Notes under the pieces: generated by a model
What the model was told of the DNA's origin: nothing
The model's database searches: none
The model's input: only the letters and a program-made list of their open reading frames with translations
In this document: one piece after another, positions 40,305 through 64,000 of the stretch
Layout: each line of letters begins with the position of its first letter
How positions within the stretch are numbered: position 1 is the first letter of the stretch
NCBI RefSeq assembly: GCF_006345805.1
Contig: NC_043000.1
Coordinates: 66,092,001-66,156,000, forward strand
Length of the DNA stretch: 64,000 nt
Origin: Octopus sinensis
Taxonomy: Eukaryota
Direction of reading: 5' to 3'
Program-made: the position numbers and the translations under genes

Positions 40305-40766
40305 TATATAGACTGTCTACAGTCCATGGATATAATAAAAATAGTAATATTTTAATATTTTAATGGCTGCAGTACTAATAAATTATTTTTAATAGTTTCA
40401 GTCAGAAGGACTGGACTTGTACCTGCCTTCTGACATTGCTTAAACATCTAAGTGGACTTCAGTATGAAATGCATTCCAGAAGGTTGACATTCATGAGAAA
40501 AATGACTGGAAAGAGTGAGGTTTGCGAGGTTGCAATAATACACTGAATAAAACGAATTTGAACAGAATATGTAACAAATTGTTAAAATAAAAAATAAACA
40601 TTTTGGATTTTTTAAAATAAAAATGAATGGAATGTTAACTAAAAATGATTAGCGACGAATGTAGCTAATGCAATCTTGTTTTAAAAAATAATTTTACTAA
40701 TAACATATCAGTGATGCTTTCTCAAAATGAAAATATATTTCATATGAAGTAAAATATATTCTAAAG

Positions 40767-40911
40767 CAGACATGGGCAACTTTTTTCAAGAAACAGGATA
40801 CATAAGACATGGGTCATGATCAGGTAGCCCACACTACTAAAAAAGTCTGAGGTAATTTTTCATTAGGTTTGCCATTCAGAGAGTCCTGTGGGCTGCAATT
40901 TGCCAAGACTG
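40767..40911 (+). mobile_element. Short hAT-like MITE
   Basis: CAGACATGGGCAAC left end and degenerate TTGCCAAGACTG right end. Confidence 0.45.
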
Positions 40912-43317
40912 CTCAAAAGTATTCAATAAAATCACAGTATGAATAAAATGGACTGAATGTTCCAAGTGCTAATATAGGTTTCTGACATTGGCCCCAGGCC
41001 ACAAATTTATAGGGAAGGAGTATAGTCAAGGGCTTATTGTCTTAACCTTGGGATATGAAAAGCAAAACTGACCACACGGGATTTGAAGTTAAAACATACA
41101 GAAATGTAACTAAACAACACAAGGCTTTTGTATGGTGTTCTACTTATTCAATCATTCACCACCTTCTACTGCTAATATTTTAACATCAGCACAAGACTAT
41201 TATTTTAAGAGAACATATAACAATGCATTAAATCAAATCCATTACTCAACTGCTACTTAATTTGATTAACCAAAACTGAGCATGACTGGATTTGAAATCA
41301 ATGTGACTAAAAAGCGCAAAGCATTTTGTCAGTCATTGCCCTTCCTAGTGCTAATATTAGCAACAACATTTATATTACAATTATCAACTGGAAATTATTT
41401 GGTTTTTGTATCTGGTTTGCAAGATTCTTTATGTGAATTCGTGTGTTGAAACAAATTTTGTTGTGTCTAGGGAGAGCCATTATAACAATATTATTAACAC
41501 ATGCATTGGTTCAATTCCACTCCTTTAAGTCAATTGGTTAAATATCCAACTAACTAATTGATTGTTTAATTTGGTTAAACAGTAAGTCATTTATATTGTT
41601 TTTGTTTGTCAAAGATCTTTTGTTGCTACTTCCAACCTTTTCAATGATTTTCAGTGTGTGTATTAATAATATTGGAATAATGACTCCCTAGACACAACAA
41701 AACTGGAAATTATTTTCTATATAATAAAGTTAAATCATAATTTTGTTAGATTATATATTTCAAAATATTAAGGATATACTAATAAGGGGTTTTTAGATTC
41801 AACATGTAATTAGATTTTTGTCCTCAAACAACATAAAGGACACACCCGACTAGTATATAAAGAAAAATAGCAGAGACTTTCATAAGAGATCATTAGAAGC
41901 CCAAAATACAATCCTATACAATATTTTTAATGTAATTAAGCTAAATACTTGACACAGATGTGTCTATGTGCTTTTCTGTTATGAATCCATTTCTGGTAAA
42001 ATCAGAAATTGACTCTAAAAGAACCATTTCATTAATGCTCTTCAGAACAATATAGATTTTATAAGCTAGCAAGGGAGCCTCAATATGGTAGCTCAACCTG
42101 TTAGAATTAGCAGCCACATCACACCTTACAGACAGCTTTTCAAATAGTAAGGATATAATGTAGTCCTAGATATATTATACCTTAAAAGAAAGGATAGACA
42201 TAGGTGAAAAGTATTTAATTATAAGTCTGCTCAGAGTTGACATGGTGGTAAACAACAAAAACATGGAGCTCATAACTCACTACTCCCTATCATATATTTC
42301 TAGAACTTTAAACCAATGTAAAAACTATTGTTTGTCAATCTTTGACATGCCATCTGATGCTACAGCAAACCAAATCTGCCACCTTGTTTTGGCTCCTAAC
42401 TGGAACATTCATTTTGCCTCTTGCCTTAAACTGGAGGTCTCTTATAGCATTAAGACATACGTTAATATGTAACATACATGCTTATGGTTTTATGTGCAAA
42501 AAATGTTTAATATACATGTGGTGACAGTGTGGTGAATCTATTACATATGTACCTCCACTTACTGTGATATGAAGGTCAAATATTCACTTATACACCAACA
42601 TTATAATGGTATTGAATTAATGTTCTATTTATTGACACAATACTAGGTCTCTAATGAATGTGATTTTTTTTTTGCTTAGATTTTTAAGACTAGACAAAGC
42701 ATGGCAATAGAAAGAATATCCCATTCAAAAGGAAGGGGGCATATTACCTTGGTAAAGCAACATATCTGTTACTGTTATCCATATGAGGAGAATAGGAAAG
42801 TATGCATCCAAGCCATAACAATAGAACAAAACTTATATCAATTTCAAATCTGTAAAATCAGATATCACAATCTCAGCTTAAGTGAGTAATATCTCACCAA
42901 TTATTGGTTCATTTCTCTGCTTTAAGCATTCATTAAACCAAAAAGACAAAAAAAAATCCAAACTGCAGACTACTAAACAAAAAAGGCACAGATAGGATCC
43001 ATCTGCATAAGGAATAATGAAATATAAAAAAAAAAAATGAATAAAATAAAAATTGTGAAATGAAACATAAATTGTAGATGTTATGATAATTAGAGCCCAG
43101 AAATTTGCCAATATTGTTTGTTAATTAGCAAACCTTTTCCATTGACTGTATCACTCCATGTCTGGTATACAATGCTCAATTGTTCGATATGATTAACAAC
43201 TAGTTTACAATTAATGTTTTAATTGGAACAGATTCTAGAAGAATATGCCAAAATAAACATTTGAAATACCGTGTGACATTCTTAATAAATATTGTTGTTA
43301 AAGAAATATTTAAGTAA

Positions 43318-63350
<20,033 letters not shown>

Positions 63351-63499
63351 CTGAAAAAGACAAATTTTATAGAAAACATAAATTATGCAAATTATTAAAC
63401 AAAATATTTTAAAATTATAGACATTATCATCATTATTTGTAATAGCTCACAATTTTTTTTTAATTAATAAATTGTACTGAAGCTGTGAACTTTCAATGG

Positions 63500-63830
63500 G
63501 GAGAAGAAGCAACTCAACTGATTGTTGAGTTACACAGCCTGTTGAGTAATGTTACACCAGAGATCTTTGGAGGGTTCCCCATTTCAGGTGCTTACATTCG
63601 CAATTGTACTCTTTCAGACATTACTACAGACATGTGTTTAGAATGTTGCAGAAAAGAATTGCAAGACAGGTTCTTCAAGCCAAGTCAGATGACAGGAAAC
63701 TGTGGGGTGGGCCAAGAATGAGCTGGATGGATAATATCCATAGTCTTAGTTAGCCATACTTAGGAATCCATCTTGAAAGTCTAATGATGTTTGCTTCAGA
63801 GAAGAACCTATGGAGAAGATGCCTCTATCC
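63500..63830 (+). mobile_element. LINE ORF2 C-terminal remnant
   Basis: RVLQAK...GGPRMSWMDNI...EKNLWRR pattern. Confidence 0.55.
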
Positions 63831-64000
63831 ATATGACCTTTCCAGGAATACTGGGCAAAGATGGATAGATAAACATTGTTATATTTGGAGATGGTCATAT
63901 TTTTGCCAATTAACCATACACACTATATACTTGGTTTTCATTTCAGATCTATTATTATTCATATTTTAAGGTCTTTTGTTTGAAATCTTTTTGTCACACA

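Overview
AT-rich eukaryotic genomic DNA. The repeat families (RTE-LINE tails ending in (ATG)n, tRNA/CORE-type SINEs, TTAA-CCCTTT MITEs, many microsatellites) best fit a coleoid cephalopod, probably Octopus; this is inferred, not searched. Two convergent spliced genes were assembled by hand, all introns GT-AG with consistent phases. (1) A RACGAP1/MgcRacGAP/CYK-4 orthologue on + with 19 coding exons (3961-30413, 618 aa: coiled coil, C1 domain, RhoGAP with IYRVPG arginine finger). (2) The 3' five coding exons of a GLCCI1/FAM117-family gene on - (63350-43318), continuing beyond the window end. The rest is intronic or intergenic and dense in transposon remains: a 2.1-kb RTE LINE with an open RT frame and an embedded PHD finger, a near full-length decayed D34D mariner, and many SINEs and MITEs. 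The most notable unexplained structures are three hammerhead-ribozyme-like motifs (one type I fold at 2711-2774; two in the arms of a 502-bp palindromic, tRNA-headed element in the last GLCCI1 intron) and a near-perfect ~165-bp inverted repeat in RACGAP1 intron 6. No prokaryote-type systems (CRISPR, operons) are present. Repeat boundaries are approximate to about 10-20 bp unless stated.
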